Shown here piece after piece: positions 46,040 to 59,161 of a stretch of 64,000 nt of DNA; the stretch's first letter is position 1, and every line of letters begins with the position of its first letter. The position numbers were made by a program, and so were the translations under genes. The notes beneath the pieces were generated by a model, which was not told the origin of the DNA, ran no database searches, and saw only the letters and a program-made list of their open reading frames with translations. Origin of the DNA: Bacteroidales bacterium (GTDB taxonomy: Bacteria > Bacteroidota > Bacteroidia > Bacteroidales > UBA932); the NCBI GenBank assembly GCA_017450585.1, contig JAFSTI010000030.1:110-64109 (forward strand), given 5' to 3'.

Positions 46040-46711
46040 ATGGCAAAGACCACTAAGAAAACCGAAGCTGAGCAGGCCGCAAAGGTAGTCGAGTCCGTCA
46101 GCAAGACCGAAGAATTCTATAACGAGCACAAAAAGACCATCTGGACTGTTATTATTGCAGTCCTCGCAGTAGGTGTGTGTATTCTCGGATATCACAAATT
46201 CATCTATCAGCCCAAGTGCGCTGAAGCGCAGGAGCAGGTATATCACGCCGAAGCCGCTTTCCGCGAAGGCAACTATGAACTGGCCCTCGACGGTGACGAT
46301 AACAACCCCGGATTCGCCGAGGTGGCCGCCACTTACGGAGCCAAGGCTGGCAAGGCTGTCTATTTCTATGCCGGTGCCAGTGCTCTTAAGCTCGAGCGCT
46401 ACGAAGATGCCGTAAAATGGCTGAAGAAGTACAATGGCAAGGACGAGATTCTCGGTGCACGTGCCATCGCCTGCATGGGTGATGCTTACTGCGGAATGGA
46501 AGAATATGCAAAGGCTGCCGCCGCTTTCGAGAAGGCCGCCGCATTTGCTGATAATGTATTCGCCGCCCAGTACCTGCTGAAGGCCGGTATCGCATACGAG
46601 GAACTTGGAAAGAACGACAAAGCCCTCGCCTGCTACGAGATCATCAAGGACAAGTATCCCCAGTCTATCGAAGGATACGATATCGACAAGTACATCAACC
46701 GCATGAAGTAA
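46040..46711 (+). CDS. Membrane-anchored TPR protein (YfgM-like)
   Basis: Single N-terminal TM followed by TPR helices. Confidence 0.8.
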   Translation: MAKTTKKTEAEQAAKVVESVSKTEEFYNEHKKTIWTVIIAVLAVGVCILGYHKFIYQPKCAEAQEQVYHAEAAFREGNYELALDGDDNNPGFAEVAATYGAKAGKAVYFYAGASALKLERYEDAVKWLKKYNGKDEILGARAIACMGDAYCGMEEYAKAAAAFEKAAAFADNVFAAQYLLKAGIAYEELGKNDKALACYEIIKDKYPQSIEGYDIDKYINRMK

Positions 46712-46717
46712 ACGGCA

Positions 46718-47470
46718 ATGGGAAGAGCATTTGAATTCCGCAAGGAAAGAAAGTTGAAAAGATGGGGTCACATGGCCCGCGTCTTTACCAAACTCGGAAA
46801 GGAAATCACCATCGCCGTGAAGAACGGCGGACCGGACGTTACCGGTAACCCCCGCCTGCGTGCCCTCCTCGCAGAGGCCCGCAGCGAGAGCATGCCTAAG
46901 GAGAATATCGAAAGGGCTATAAAGAAAGCCACCGATAAGACACTTGGGGATTTCAAGGAAATCGTCTATGAAGGATACGGCCCCTACGGTATCGCATTCC
47001 TGGTCGAAACGGCCACTGACAATAATACCCGCACCGTGGCAAATGTCCGCAGCTATTTCACCAAATGCGGCGGCTCTCTGGGAACCAGCGGTTCCGTCAG
47101 TTTCATGTTCGACCACAAGTGCGTATTCCGCATCAAGGAGGCCGAAGGACTGGATATCGAAGAGCTTGAACTTGAGCTGATCGATTACGGTGCCGAGGAA
47201 GTTTTCGAGGAGGTAGAAGTGGACGAGGATGACAACGAGACCAAGAATGTCTGTATTTACGGATCATACGAGTCGTACGGCGCTCTGCAGAAATACATTG
47301 AAGAGAATAACTACGAGCTGGTATCCGGAGGATTCGAACGCATCCCGAACGTAGATCTTAAGGACGTAACTCCTGAGCAACGTTCGACCCTTGATAAACT
47401 CACAGACCTTCTGGAAGAAGATGAGGATGTGACACATGTATACTCGACCATGAAACCGGCCGAGGAATAA
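46718..47470 (+). CDS. yebC: YebC/PmpR family protein
   Basis: NPRLR, MPKENIERAI, YEGYGP, TDNNTRT and GSVSFMF motifs. Confidence 0.96.
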   Translation: MGRAFEFRKERKLKRWGHMARVFTKLGKEITIAVKNGGPDVTGNPRLRALLAEARSESMPKENIERAIKKATDKTLGDFKEIVYEGYGPYGIAFLVETATDNNTRTVANVRSYFTKCGGSLGTSGSVSFMFDHKCVFRIKEAEGLDIEELELELIDYGAEEVFEEVEVDEDDNETKNVCIYGSYESYGALQKYIEENNYELVSGGFERIPNVDLKDVTPEQRSTLDKLTDLLEEDEDVTHVYSTMKPAEE

Positions 47471-47474
47471 CATC

Positions 47475-47503
47475 ATGGAACCGCCCGCGAGGCGGTTTTC
47501 CAT
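47475..47503 (+). terminator. GC-rich hairpin between yebC and mmdA (weak terminator or processing site)
   Basis: AACCGCC-CGCGA-GGCGGTT stem extended by ATGGAA/TTCCAT; interrupted U tract. Confidence 0.5.
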
Positions 47504-47518
47504 TTATTTAGAGATATT

Positions 47519-49078
47519 ATGATCCAGCAAGAAAAAATCAACGGACTGGTGGAGCGCAGAGCTGCTGCGCGTCTGGGCGGCGGTCAGAAACGCATCGATG
47601 CCCAGCATCAGAAAGGTAAGCTCACAGCCCGTGAGAGACTTGCTCTGCTTCTTGACGAAGGCTCATTCGAAGAGTATGATATGTTCGTGCAGCACCGTTG
47701 CACCAACTTCGGAATGGAGAAGCAGCATTTCGACGGCGACGGTGTGGTAACCGGACAGGGAACCATCGGCGGCCGTCTCGTTTACGTATTTGCCCAGGAC
47801 TTCACCGTCAGCGGAGGATCCCTGTCGAAGACTATGTCCGAGAAGATCTGCAAGGTCATGGACATGGCGGTTCGCAACGGTGCTCCGTGCATCGGGCTGA
47901 ATGACAGCGGTGGAGCCCGTATTCAGGAAGGCATTGACGCGCTGGCCGGTTACGGCGACATCTTCGAGAGGAACATCCTCTCATCAGGTGTCATCCCGCA
48001 GATCAGCGGCATATTCGGCCCTTGCGCCGGCGGAGCGGTCTACTCCCCCGCCCTTACTGACTTTACGCTCATGGTTAAGGATACGTCATACATGTTCCTG
48101 ACCGGTCCGGGTGTGGTCAAGCAGGTTACCGGCGAGACCGTTTCAGCTGAAGAACTAGGCGGCGCGAGCGTACATGCCGGCAAGAGCGGTGTCGCTCATT
48201 TTGCAGCCGACAGCGAACAGGAAGGCATCGCCAAAATAAAAGAGTTGCTGAGCTTTATCCCCCAGAACAATATGGAGACCGCGCCGGAGCTGCCGACCGG
48301 CGATCCCCTGTCCAGAGTGGACGACGCCCTGAATACCATTATTCCCGATAACCCGAACAAGGCTTATGACATGTATCAGGTTATCCGCTCGATCGTAGAC
48401 GACGGTAATTTCTTCGAGATTCATGAGTCATTCGCGAAGAATATCATCGTGGGATTCGCCCATATGAACGGACAGAGCGTAGGTATAGTGGCCAACCAGC
48501 CTAAGGTCCTGGCCGGTGTGCTGGATATCAACGCTTCTCGCAAAGCAGCCCGTTTCGTGCGTTTCTGCGATGCGTTCAATATCCCCTTGGTCACGCTGGT
48601 CGACGTGCCCGGTTTTCTCTGCGGTACACAGCAGGAATACGGAGCCATCATTACCAACGGAGCCAAACTGCTCTATGCCTACGGCGAAGCGACAGTGCCG
48701 AAAGTGACCGTCACGCTGCGCAAAAGTTACGGCGGCGCACACATCGTCATGAGCTGCAAGCAGCTGCGCGGTGATGTGAATTACGCCTGGCCCAGCGCTA
48801 ACATTGCGGTTATGGGTGCCGATGGCGCCGTGGACGTACTTTACGGAAAAGAAATCAAGGCCGAAGAAGACCCTGCCAAACAAGCCGAGATCGCGGCTCA
48901 GAAAAAGGATGAGTACAATGACCTCTTCTGCAATCCTTATCAGGCTGCGCAGAAAGGCTACATCGAGGACGTAATCGAACCCCGGAACACCCGGTTCCGC
49001 GTCATCCGGGCCCTCGAATCACTACGCGGTAAGAGACAGGAGATGCCTGCCAAGAAACACGATAACCTCCCGCTTTAA
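47519..49078 (+). CDS. mmdA: Methylmalonyl-CoA decarboxylase alpha subunit (carboxyltransferase)
   Basis: [32 protein letters not shown] and KKHDNLPL motifs, in an OadG/biotin-carrier/OadB context. Confidence 0.85.
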   Translation: MIQQEKINGLVERRAAARLGGGQKRIDAQHQKGKLTARERLALLLDEGSFEEYDMFVQHRCTNFGMEKQHFDGDGVVTGQGTIGGRLVYVFAQDFTVSGGSLSKTMSEKICKVMDMAVRNGAPCIGLNDSGGARIQEGIDALAGYGDIFERNILSSGVIPQISGIFGPCAGGAVYSPALTDFTLMVKDTSYMFLTGPGVVKQVTGETVSAEELGGASVHAGKSGVAHFAADSEQEGIAKIKELLSFIPQNNMETAPELPTGDPLSRVDDALNTIIPDNPNKAYDMYQVIRSIVDDGNFFEIHESFAKNIIVGFAHMNGQSVGIVANQPKVLAGVLDINASRKAARFVRFCDAFNIPLVTLVDVPGFLCGTQQEYGAIITNGAKLLYAYGEATVPKVTVTLRKSYGGAHIVMSCKQLRGDVNYAWPSANIAVMGADGAVDVLYGKEIKAEEDPAKQAEIAAQKKDEYNDLFCNPYQAAQKGYIEDVIEPRNTRFRVIRALESLRGKRQEMPAKKHDNLPL

Positions 49079-49081
49079 GAG

Positions 49082-49483
49082 ATGCTCTCCATTCTGCTGA
49101 ATATGACCAAAGGCGCCGAGGCGGTGGCAAGGACCGACCCCCACGGGTTTATATTGTCCCTGATTGCCGTAATGGTAGTTTTCTCCGCCCTGCTGATCCT
49201 GTATGGCATCTACAGCCTGACAGGACACGCGTTCACCGGAGGATTCAAACGTGCGCGCAGGAAACCTGCCGGACGTGATGCGGAGGTCGCCGCAGCGATT
49301 GCCATTGCCCTTAAGCAGGAACTGTCAGAGGCCGATCCTGAGGTCGCCGCGGCCATTGCCCTGGCGCTTGAGCTGAACTCCGGCGGCGCGCATGACAGCG
49401 AGCCGTACGTGATAACTATTGACAGAAAGCCTTCCGCATGGCAGGATAAGGCCCTCACTTTTAGAAAAATGCCATTGAGATGA
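49082..49483 (+). CDS. mmdD: Na+-decarboxylase delta/gamma subunit (OadG family)
   Basis: Single TM helix, duplicated EVAAAIA motif and AHDSE tail. Confidence 0.8.
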   Translation: MLSILLNMTKGAEAVARTDPHGFILSLIAVMVVFSALLILYGIYSLTGHAFTGGFKRARRKPAGRDAEVAAAIAIALKQELSEADPEVAAAIALALELNSGGAHDSEPYVITIDRKPSAWQDKALTFRKMPLR

Positions 49484-49926
49484 AACAATACAATTTCAAA
49501 ATCAACGGACATGAATACGCCGTTGAAATCAATTCCATAGCTGACGGCCGTGCCAGCGTGACGGTGAACGGTACCGCGTACGAGGTAGACCTTCCGGAAG
49601 GGACCGCCGCTCCGGTTCAGGCCCCGACTGCAGTACCTGTAGCAAACCAGGCTCCGGCACAGGCCTCCGCCGCTGCACCCGCACCGGGCAATGCTCCTGT
49701 CGCCTCCGGGGATGCCCTTATCATCAAATCCCCCATGCCCGGCACTATCATCGATGTGTGCGTCAAACCCGGCGACAGTATCTCCAGAGGAGCTAAGGTA
49801 GCGGTTCTGGAGTCCATGAAGATGGAAAATGACATACTCGCCGAGAAAGACGGCGTCATCAAGGACGTTTTCGTGTCCAAAGGTGACCAGCTCTCCGACG
49901 GAGACAAAATCGTTAGCATAGCCTAG
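49480..49926 (+). CDS. mmdC: Biotin carboxyl carrier subunit
   Basis: INGHEYAVE N-terminus, Ala/Pro linker, SPMPG and ESMKM biotinylation motif. Confidence 0.9.
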   Translation: MKQYNFKINGHEYAVEINSIADGRASVTVNGTAYEVDLPEGTAAPVQAPTAVPVANQAPAQASAAAPAPGNAPVASGDALIIKSPMPGTIIDVCVKPGDSISRGAKVAVLESMKMENDILAEKDGVIKDVFVSKGDQLSDGDKIVSIA

Positions 49927-49929
49927 GCG

Positions 49930-51075
49930 ATGGAACACGTCATCGAAAGCCTCATCCGTTTCTGGCAGTTTACCGGCTTCGCCAATGCCAGCTGGCAGCA
50001 CCTGCTGATGATTCTCATCGGCGTGGTGTTCATCACGCTTGGCATCGTGAAGAAATGGGAGCCGCTGCTGCTGGTACCGATCGGATTCGGCATTATCATT
50101 GGCAATATCCCGGTGTTCCCGGGCCTGCAGGTCAGCCTTTACGAACAGGGCTCCGTGCTGAATATCCTGTACCAGGGCGTGCGGCAGGGCTGGTATCCGC
50201 CGCTTATCTTCCTGGGCATCGGAGCCATGACCGACTTCTCCGCACTGATATCCCAGCCACGGTTGGTGCTGATCGGCGCAGCGGCTCAGATGGGAATATT
50301 TGGAGCGTTCCTGCTCGCTTTGGCCATGGGCTTTACGCCGAACGAAGCCGGTGCTATCGGCATTATCGGCGGTGCTGACGGTCCTACCGCCATCTTCCTT
50401 AGCTCGAAGCTCGCCCCCGAACTGCTCGGCGCCATCGCGGTTTCAGCCTATTCATACATGGCCCTGGTGCCGATTATCCAGAAGCCCATCATGCTTCTGC
50501 TCACGACTCCTAAAGAGCGCGTAATCCGCATGAAAAAGCCCCGTGAGGTAAGCCAGAAAGAAAAGATCATCTTCCCTATCGTGGGCTTCATCGCCACAGC
50601 CTTCATCGTACCTTCCGGTCTTCCGCTGCTGGGTATGCTGTTCTTTGGCAATCTGCTCAAGGAATCAGGTGTCACCCGCCGTCTGGCAGAGACCGCGCGC
50701 GGTCCGCTCATCGATGTGGTGACCATTCTTATCGGCCTGACCGTGGGTGCATCCACCCAGGCCAATGTATTTATCAGCGCCACTTCCGTGAAAATCTTCC
50801 TGCTGGGTCTGCTTTCCTTTGTGATTGCGACTACATGCGGAGTACTTTTCGTTAAGATATTTAACTTGTTTATCAAGAACCCCGAAAATAAAATCAATCC
50901 GCTCATCGGCAACGCCGGAGTTTCCGCAGTCCCTGACAGCGCCCGGGTATCCGAGACTGTGGGTCTGGAGGCAGATCCGTCCAACCACCTGCTGATGAAC
51001 GCCATGGCACCTAATGTGGCCGGAGTTATCGGCTCCGCTGTCGCCGCTGGTATATTGCTCGGATTCTTGGGATAA
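49930..51075 (+). CDS. mmdB: Na+-translocating decarboxylase beta subunit
   Basis: EPLLLVPIGFG, GIGAMTDF, IGGADGPTAIF, AYSYMALVP and AGVSAVP motifs. Confidence 0.93.
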   Translation: MEHVIESLIRFWQFTGFANASWQHLLMILIGVVFITLGIVKKWEPLLLVPIGFGIIIGNIPVFPGLQVSLYEQGSVLNILYQGVRQGWYPPLIFLGIGAMTDFSALISQPRLVLIGAAAQMGIFGAFLLALAMGFTPNEAGAIGIIGGADGPTAIFLSSKLAPELLGAIAVSAYSYMALVPIIQKPIMLLLTTPKERVIRMKKPREVSQKEKIIFPIVGFIATAFIVPSGLPLLGMLFFGNLLKESGVTRRLAETARGPLIDVVTILIGLTVGASTQANVFISATSVKIFLLGLLSFVIATTCGVLFVKIFNLFIKNPENKINPLIGNAGVSAVPDSARVSETVGLEADPSNHLLMNAMAPNVAGVIGSAVAAGILLGFLG

Positions 51076-51094
51076 TAACATACATAACAGATAT

Positions 51095-51700
51095 ATGCAG
51101 AATAAATTGCAAGAACTAACCGACAGGCTCTATCAGGAAGGTCTGTCGAAAGGGAAAGAAGAAGCCGATGCCCTGCTTGCCCGCTCCCGTGAGCAGGCAG
51201 ATAAGATTATCGCCGACGCCAACGCGAAAGCGGAAGAGATCCTCTCCCAGGCCCGGCGTGATGCCGAGGCCCTGCGCGCTAAGGTAGAAGGCGACATCAA
51301 GATGGCTTCAGCACAGGTTCTCCAGGCGACACGCCGCGATGTTGAGAATCTGGTAATCGCGAAGGTCTCTGACGAAAAAGTCGGGGCGGCGATGTCAGAC
51401 GGTGCATTCCTGAAGAAGGTTATTACTGAGGTCGCATCAAAATTCTCTGCGCAGCAGGCTTGCGACATAGCGCTGGTACTCCCGGAGAGTCTGCATGCAG
51501 AACTCGAACCCTTCGTTAAGGGAGAGCTCGCGAAGACACTCTCCAAGGGTGTAAGCGCCAGCTTTACCAAGAAGATCGCAGGCGGATTCACCATCGGTCC
51601 TGCGGACGGTTCGTACTTTATCAGCTTTACCGACGAGTCTTTCAAGGCTCTCATCGGAGAATATCTCCGTCCGGTTACGAAAAAACTGCTTTTCGGCTAG
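51095..51700 (+). CDS. V/A-type ATPase subunit E
   Basis: LQELTDRLYQEGLSKG coiled coil and GGFTIGPADGSYFISFTD; first gene of the ATPase cluster; ATG at 51095. Confidence 0.88.
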   Translation: MQNKLQELTDRLYQEGLSKGKEEADALLARSREQADKIIADANAKAEEILSQARRDAEALRAKVEGDIKMASAQVLQATRRDVENLVIAKVSDEKVGAAMSDGAFLKKVITEVASKFSAQQACDIALVLPESLHAELEPFVKGELAKTLSKGVSASFTKKIAGGFTIGPADGSYFISFTDESFKALIGEYLRPVTKKLLFG

Positions 51701-52300
51701 ATGAACAACTACGAATACATAGTTGCCAGCCTTCCCATCCTGAGCCGCGACCCTAAATCCGCGGCCGGATTCGACAGCGCTGAGGTCATCGAAGAGATTC
51801 GCAGCCAATTCTCCACTGCCGACAAGGAACTGCTCGATATGCTGCTTCACAGCCGCGTGGAGTCCGGCATGACCAGGGAGTTCTATCTGGAAGCCGGAAA
51901 GTGCTCCAGCCGTTTTCTGCGTGAGTATCTGCGCTTCGACATGGATGTACGCAATACCAAGGCCGCATGGCTGAATAAGGCGTTCTCCCGTCCCGCCTCG
52001 CAGGATCTTATCATCCTGGACGAGGAGTCGGAAGCAGAAAGCGTCGAAGGACTTGACAGCATCCTGTCAGGCTCGGATCTGCTGGAGCGGGAACGCGGTC
52101 TGGATGCTCTATATTGGGACAAGATTGAAGCGCTGACCGTATTTGACTACTTCGATGCGGACGCGATACTCGGTTTCGTGGCAAAGCTGCTCATAGTGGA
52201 CCGCTGGCTGAAACTGGACGAAAAGACGGGCCGCGAGCTCTTCGGAAAACTCGTTAGGGATATGCGCGAAAACGCGCCTGAAATAAAATTTGAAGCATAA
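51701..52300 (+). CDS. DUF2764 protein (V/A-ATPase subunit C equivalent)
   Basis: YEYIVASLP N-terminus, LD...W...E motif; position between subunits E and A. Confidence 0.8.
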   Translation: MNNYEYIVASLPILSRDPKSAAGFDSAEVIEEIRSQFSTADKELLDMLLHSRVESGMTREFYLEAGKCSSRFLREYLRFDMDVRNTKAAWLNKAFSRPASQDLIILDEESEAESVEGLDSILSGSDLLERERGLDALYWDKIEALTVFDYFDADAILGFVAKLLIVDRWLKLDEKTGRELFGKLVRDMRENAPEIKFEA

Positions 52301-52305
52301 TATAT

Positions 52306-54060
52306 ATGAAAAGTACAGGAAAGGTTATCGGAATAGTTTCGAACCTGGTGACGGTACGCACCGACGGGCCTGTGGCAGAGAATGAGCTCTGCTACATCGA
52401 CCTGGACGGCACACGTCTGCTGGCCGAGGTAATCAAGGTCAGCGGCGACAAGGCCTCGGTGCAGGTGTTTGAAAGTACCCGTGGACTGCGGGGCGGCGAC
52501 AGCGTAGAGTTCGAAGGCAGGATGCTTGAGGCCACACTGGGCCCCGGCTTGCTTTCCAGTGTTTATGACGGTCTGCAGAACAATCTGGCCACCATGAAGG
52601 ACGTTTTCCTCAAGCGCGGCGAGTACACTGATCCGCTGGATCACGAAAAACTCTGGGACTTTACGCCCATTGCAGCCGCATCAGATAAAGTTAAGGCCGG
52701 AGACTGGCTCGGCGAAGTGAAAGAAGGCTGGCTGCCTCACAAAATCATGGTCCCCTTCAGCTTCAAGGGCGAGTACACCGTTAAGAAGGTTGTCCCGGCC
52801 GGGCAGTATAATATTGACACCGTAATCGCCACCCTCGTCAACGAAGACGGCGAAGACGTGCCGGTTACCATGACTCAGAAATGGCCGGTCAAGGTCGCGA
52901 TCAAGGCTTACACCGAGAAGCCCCGTCCGAATAAGATCATGGAAACGGGCGTGCGCGTAATCGACACGTTCAATCCCATCGCGGAAGGCGGTACAGGATT
53001 CATTCCCGGCCCGTTCGGTTGCGGAAAGACCGTGCTGCAGCACGCTATTGCCAAGCAGGGAGAGGCCGATGTCATCGTGATGGCCGCATGCGGTGAACGT
53101 GCCAATGAGGTCGTGGAGATCTTCACCGAATTCCCGGAGCTGGTCGACCCGCACACCGGGCGCAAGCTCATGGAGCGTACGACCATCATCTGCAACACAT
53201 CCAACATGCCGGTGGCAGCCCGCGAGGCGTCTGTATACACGGCAATGACCATCTGTGAGTATTACAGGGCAATGGGACTGCGCTGCCTGCTGCTCGCTGA
53301 TTCCACTTCCCGCTGGGCACAGGCTCTGCGTGAGATGAGTAACCGTATGGAAGAGCTTCCCGGTGCGGACGCCTTCCCCGTGGACCTGTCCGCCATCATT
53401 TCGAACTTCTACGCCCGCGCGGGTATGGTCGTCCTGAACAATGGCAAGACCGGAGCCATTACCTTTATCGGCACGGTCTCCCCTGCCGGCGGTAACCTCA
53501 AGGAGCCTGTGACTGAATCTACCAAGAAAGCCGCACGCTGCTTCTATGCACTGGAGCAGAATCGCGCCGACCAGAAACGCTATCCGGCCGTGAATCCCAT
53601 CGATTCATATTCAAAGTATCTTGAATATCCTGAGATTATCGAGTATCTGGATGAAAAGATCGAGAAAGGATGGGTCGAGAAGGTCTCCAAGGCTAAGAAT
53701 ATCGTCCGCCGCGGAAAGGAAGCCATGGACCAGATCAATATTCTCGGTGATGACGGTGTCCCTATGAGTTATCACGAGTCCTTCTGGAAATCCGAGATGA
53801 TCGACTTCGTCATCCTCCAGCAAGACGCTTTCGATGCAGTGGACAGCATCACCCCGCTCTCCCGCCAGAAGTTCATGCTGGACTTCGTGCTGGATATATG
53901 CGCACATGAGTTCAAGTTCGATAATTATGAACAGTGCAGGGACTACTTTAAGACCCTGATAAACCTGCTGCGCCAGATGAACTACTCCGAGTTCGAGAGC
54001 GCGGATTTCCGCAAGTATCAGACAGAAATAACCAAGCATTTGTCAGACAATGTCCAATAA
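52306..54060 (+). CDS. V/A-type ATPase catalytic subunit A
   Basis: Walker A GPFGCGKT, CGERANE, ADSTSRWA and PAGGN motifs. Confidence 0.96.
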   Translation: MKSTGKVIGIVSNLVTVRTDGPVAENELCYIDLDGTRLLAEVIKVSGDKASVQVFESTRGLRGGDSVEFEGRMLEATLGPGLLSSVYDGLQNNLATMKDVFLKRGEYTDPLDHEKLWDFTPIAAASDKVKAGDWLGEVKEGWLPHKIMVPFSFKGEYTVKKVVPAGQYNIDTVIATLVNEDGEDVPVTMTQKWPVKVAIKAYTEKPRPNKIMETGVRVIDTFNPIAEGGTGFIPGPFGCGKTVLQHAIAKQGEADVIVMAACGERANEVVEIFTEFPELVDPHTGRKLMERTTIICNTSNMPVAAREASVYTAMTICEYYRAMGLRCLLLADSTSRWAQALREMSNRMEELPGADAFPVDLSAIISNFYARAGMVVLNNGKTGAITFIGTVSPAGGNLKEPVTESTKKAARCFYALEQNRADQKRYPAVNPIDSYSKYLEYPEIIEYLDEKIEKGWVEKVSKAKNIVRRGKEAMDQINILGDDGVPMSYHESFWKSEMIDFVILQQDAFDAVDSITPLSRQKFMLDFVLDICAHEFKFDNYEQCRDYFKTLINLLRQMNYSEFESADFRKYQTEITKHLSDNVQ

Positions 54061-55369
54061 AGCATATCAGAGAGTTTACACACAGCTGGACGGCATCACA
54101 AAAGCCACCGTCTCGCTGAAAGCAGAGGGCGTGAGCAACGATGAACTGGCCACCGTTCACGGAAGGCTTGCGCAGGTCGTCAAGACCAAGGGGGACAGCG
54201 TCACCCTGCAGGTATTCGCCGGCACAGAGGGCATTCCGACCAATGCCGAAGTGTCGTTCATGAGCCAGCCCCCTACCCTGAAAGTGAGCGAACAGCTCAG
54301 CGGCCGTTTCTTCAACGCTTATGGCAATCCCATCGACGGCGGTCCCGAGATTGAAGGAGAAGAGCGCCAGATAGGCGGTCCTTCCGTCAATCCGTACAAG
54401 CGCCGCCAGCCCTCACAGCTCATTCCAACCGGCATCGCCGGCATTGACCTTAACAATACACTCGTCTCCGGACAGAAGATTCCGTTCTTCGCCGATCCGG
54501 ACCAGCCGTACAACCAGGTTATGGCGGACGTGGCCCTGCGTGCCGATGTGGATAAGATCATCCTCGGCGGCATGGGACTGTCGAACGATGACTATCTGTT
54601 CTTCCGTCACGCTTTTGAAGGCGCAGGTGCCCTGGAAAAGATCGTCAGCTTCGTCAATACGACTGAAGAACCGCCGGTAGAGCGTCTGCTCATCCCGGAC
54701 ATGGCGCTTACAGCTGCCGAATACTTTGCTGTAGATAAGAATGAGAAAGTGCTTGTCCTGCTGACAGATATGACTCTGTACGCCGATGCGCTCTCCATCG
54801 TTTCTAACCGTATGGACCAGATTCCATCCAAGGACTCCATGCCTGGTTCCCTGTACTCCGATCTCGCAAAGATCTACGAGAAGGCCGTACAGCTACCTTC
54901 GGGCGGATCGATCACCATCATTGCCGTTACTACACTAAATGACGGAGATATCACTCACGCTATCCCGGACAATACCGGATACATTACCGAAGGTCAGCTG
55001 TTCCTGCGTCTGGATACTGATACGGGCAAGGTTATCGTGGATCCGTTCCGTTCGCTGAGCCGCTTAAAGCAGCTCGTACAGGGCAAAGTTACACGCGAGG
55101 ACCACTCTCAGGTGATGAATGCGTCCGTGCGTCTTTATGCCGATGCCCAGAACGCCAAGACCAAGCTGGAGAATGGTTTCGATCTGTCGGATTATGACCT
55201 CCGCTGCCTGGAATACGCCAAAGATTACGCGGTGAAGCTGCTGGCCATCGATGTCAATATCACCATCGACCAGATGCTGGATACCGCCTGGGAGCTGTTT
55301 GCCAAATACTTCTCCAAAGCTGAAACAGGTATTAAACAGGCACTCATCGACAAGTACTGGAAAGACTAA
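54050..55369 (+). CDS. V/A-type ATPase subunit B
   Basis: GQKIPFF, LTDMT, PGSLYSDLA, HAIPDNTGYITEGQ and SLSRL motifs. Confidence 0.96.
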   Translation: MSNKAYQRVYTQLDGITKATVSLKAEGVSNDELATVHGRLAQVVKTKGDSVTLQVFAGTEGIPTNAEVSFMSQPPTLKVSEQLSGRFFNAYGNPIDGGPEIEGEERQIGGPSVNPYKRRQPSQLIPTGIAGIDLNNTLVSGQKIPFFADPDQPYNQVMADVALRADVDKIILGGMGLSNDDYLFFRHAFEGAGALEKIVSFVNTTEEPPVERLLIPDMALTAAEYFAVDKNEKVLVLLTDMTLYADALSIVSNRMDQIPSKDSMPGSLYSDLAKIYEKAVQLPSGGSITIIAVTTLNDGDITHAIPDNTGYITEGQLFLRLDTDTGKVIVDPFRSLSRLKQLVQGKVTREDHSQVMNASVRLYADAQNAKTKLENGFDLSDYDLRCLEYAKDYAVKLLAIDVNITIDQMLDTAWELFAKYFSKAETGIKQALIDKYWKD

Positions 55370-55974
55370 ATGGCCATTAAGTTTCAATATAACAAAACGT
55401 CTCTGACCAATCTCGGCAAGCAGCTGAAGGTGCGCCAGAAGGCCCTCCCTACCCTAAAGAATAAGGAGTCGGCCTTGCGTGCCAGCGTGCTGGCGGCGAA
55501 AAAAGAGTCCGAAGACTTCGAGCGCCGGGTTTCTCTGGCTCTCGACTCTTACGACTATATGGCCGCCCTTTGGAACGAGTTTGACGCTTCGCTGATAAGG
55601 ATATCGGACGTGACCCTGAAGACGGTAAAGGTGGCGGGTGTAAAAATCCCCGACCTGGAGGATATCTCCTACGAGATTCTGCCCTTCAACGCCTTCGCAT
55701 CTCCGGCCTGGTATGCCGACGGAGTCGCCATCTTGAAGCAGATAGCAGAGCTCGGTATCCGCAGTGAGATAGCGCTTGAGCGCTGCCGTATCCTGGATTA
55801 CCAGCGGAAGAAGACCACGCAAAAGGTCAATCTGTACGAAAAAGTGCAGATTCCGGGATATCAGGAGGCTATTCGTAAGATAAAGAGATATATGGAGGAT
55901 GAAGAGAACCTGAGCAAGGCATCATCCAAGATAGTAAAGACCCGCCACGCCGCGGAAGAAGAGGAGGAAACGCT

Positions 55975-55978
<4 letters not shown>
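55370..55978 (+). CDS. V/A-type ATPase subunit D
   Basis: LPTLKNKE and KKTTQKVNLYEKVQIP motifs. Confidence 0.94.
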
Positions 55979-58166
<2,188 letters not shown>

Positions 58167-58174
58167 TTATTCCA

Positions 58175-59161
58175 ATGAATCAAGAATCCCAGATTTGGTT
58201 TATCATAGTTAATCCCGGAGCCGGTTCGGGAAAGACCATCAGTGGATGGCCTGAGGCCGAACGCGCACTCAGGGATCTGGCAGTCCCCTACAAAGCAGTA
58301 TTTACCAGCCACAAGGGTCATGCGAAAGAACTGACGCAGACTGCGGCAGAAGCCGGATACAGGCGTTTTGTCGCAGTCGGCGGAGACGGCTCGATCCATG
58401 AGGTGACAGGTGGAATCATGAGCTATTGCGACGAGAGCGGTACCGATGTGTCGGAGTTCAGTTTTGCAGTGATCCCTATCGGATCAGGCAATGACTGGAT
58501 CCGCACGGCCGGCATCCCGAATGATCCGAGAAAAGCTGTGGAGCTTATCGCGGCAGGGCATTTCGAAAAGAGTGATGTCGTGCGTGTGGAGACGACCGGC
58601 GGTGTCAGTTACATGGCAAATGTAGGAGGCACGGGCTTCGACAGCCGTGTATGCGACCGGGTGAACCATCTCAAAGAAAGGGGCCGTCGCAGCCGTTTCC
58701 TCTATGCGCGGGCGCTGATGCGCGTTGTCCTGGGGTTCAGAGCGCTGGAAGCAGAAGTTATCTGTGACGGGAAGACAGTTTTCAGCGGGTCTATGTACTC
58801 GCTGGCTATCGGCAACGGTCGCTACAGCGGAGGCGGCATGATTCAGGTACCGGGAGCACGCATGGATGACGGCACGATAGACGTGACCGTCGTTCCGGTG
58901 ATTCCGTTTTCCGAAATTCTCCGGGATGCGCCGAAACTGAAGAACGGCCGCATAGCGGACAGTAAGAGCCTGCAGTTTTTCCGCTGCAAGGAGCTGGAAG
59001 TAAGACAATTATCAGCCGACGCTGCCCACAGTCCCGAACTGGTGGAAGTGGACGGTGAGATAGAAGGAGCCCTGCCGATGCGGGTAAGCGTAAGCGGAGG
59101 GCAGATTAATGTTATTGCTAATTACCAACAACATGGAATACAGGAATCTGAGCGCGGATGA
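58175..59161 (+). CDS. Diacylglycerol kinase-family (YegS/BmrU-like) lipid kinase
   Basis: VNPGAGSGK, GGDGSIHEV, PIGSGNDW, GNGRYSGGG and VDGE motifs. Confidence 0.9.
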   Translation: MNQESQIWFIIVNPGAGSGKTISGWPEAERALRDLAVPYKAVFTSHKGHAKELTQTAAEAGYRRFVAVGGDGSIHEVTGGIMSYCDESGTDVSEFSFAVIPIGSGNDWIRTAGIPNDPRKAVELIAAGHFEKSDVVRVETTGGVSYMANVGGTGFDSRVCDRVNHLKERGRRSRFLYARALMRVVLGFRALEAEVICDGKTVFSGSMYSLAIGNGRYSGGGMIQVPGARMDDGTIDVTVVPVIPFSEILRDAPKLKNGRIADSKSLQFFRCKELEVRQLSADAAHSPELVEVDGEIEGALPMRVSVSGGQINVIANYQQHGIQESERG

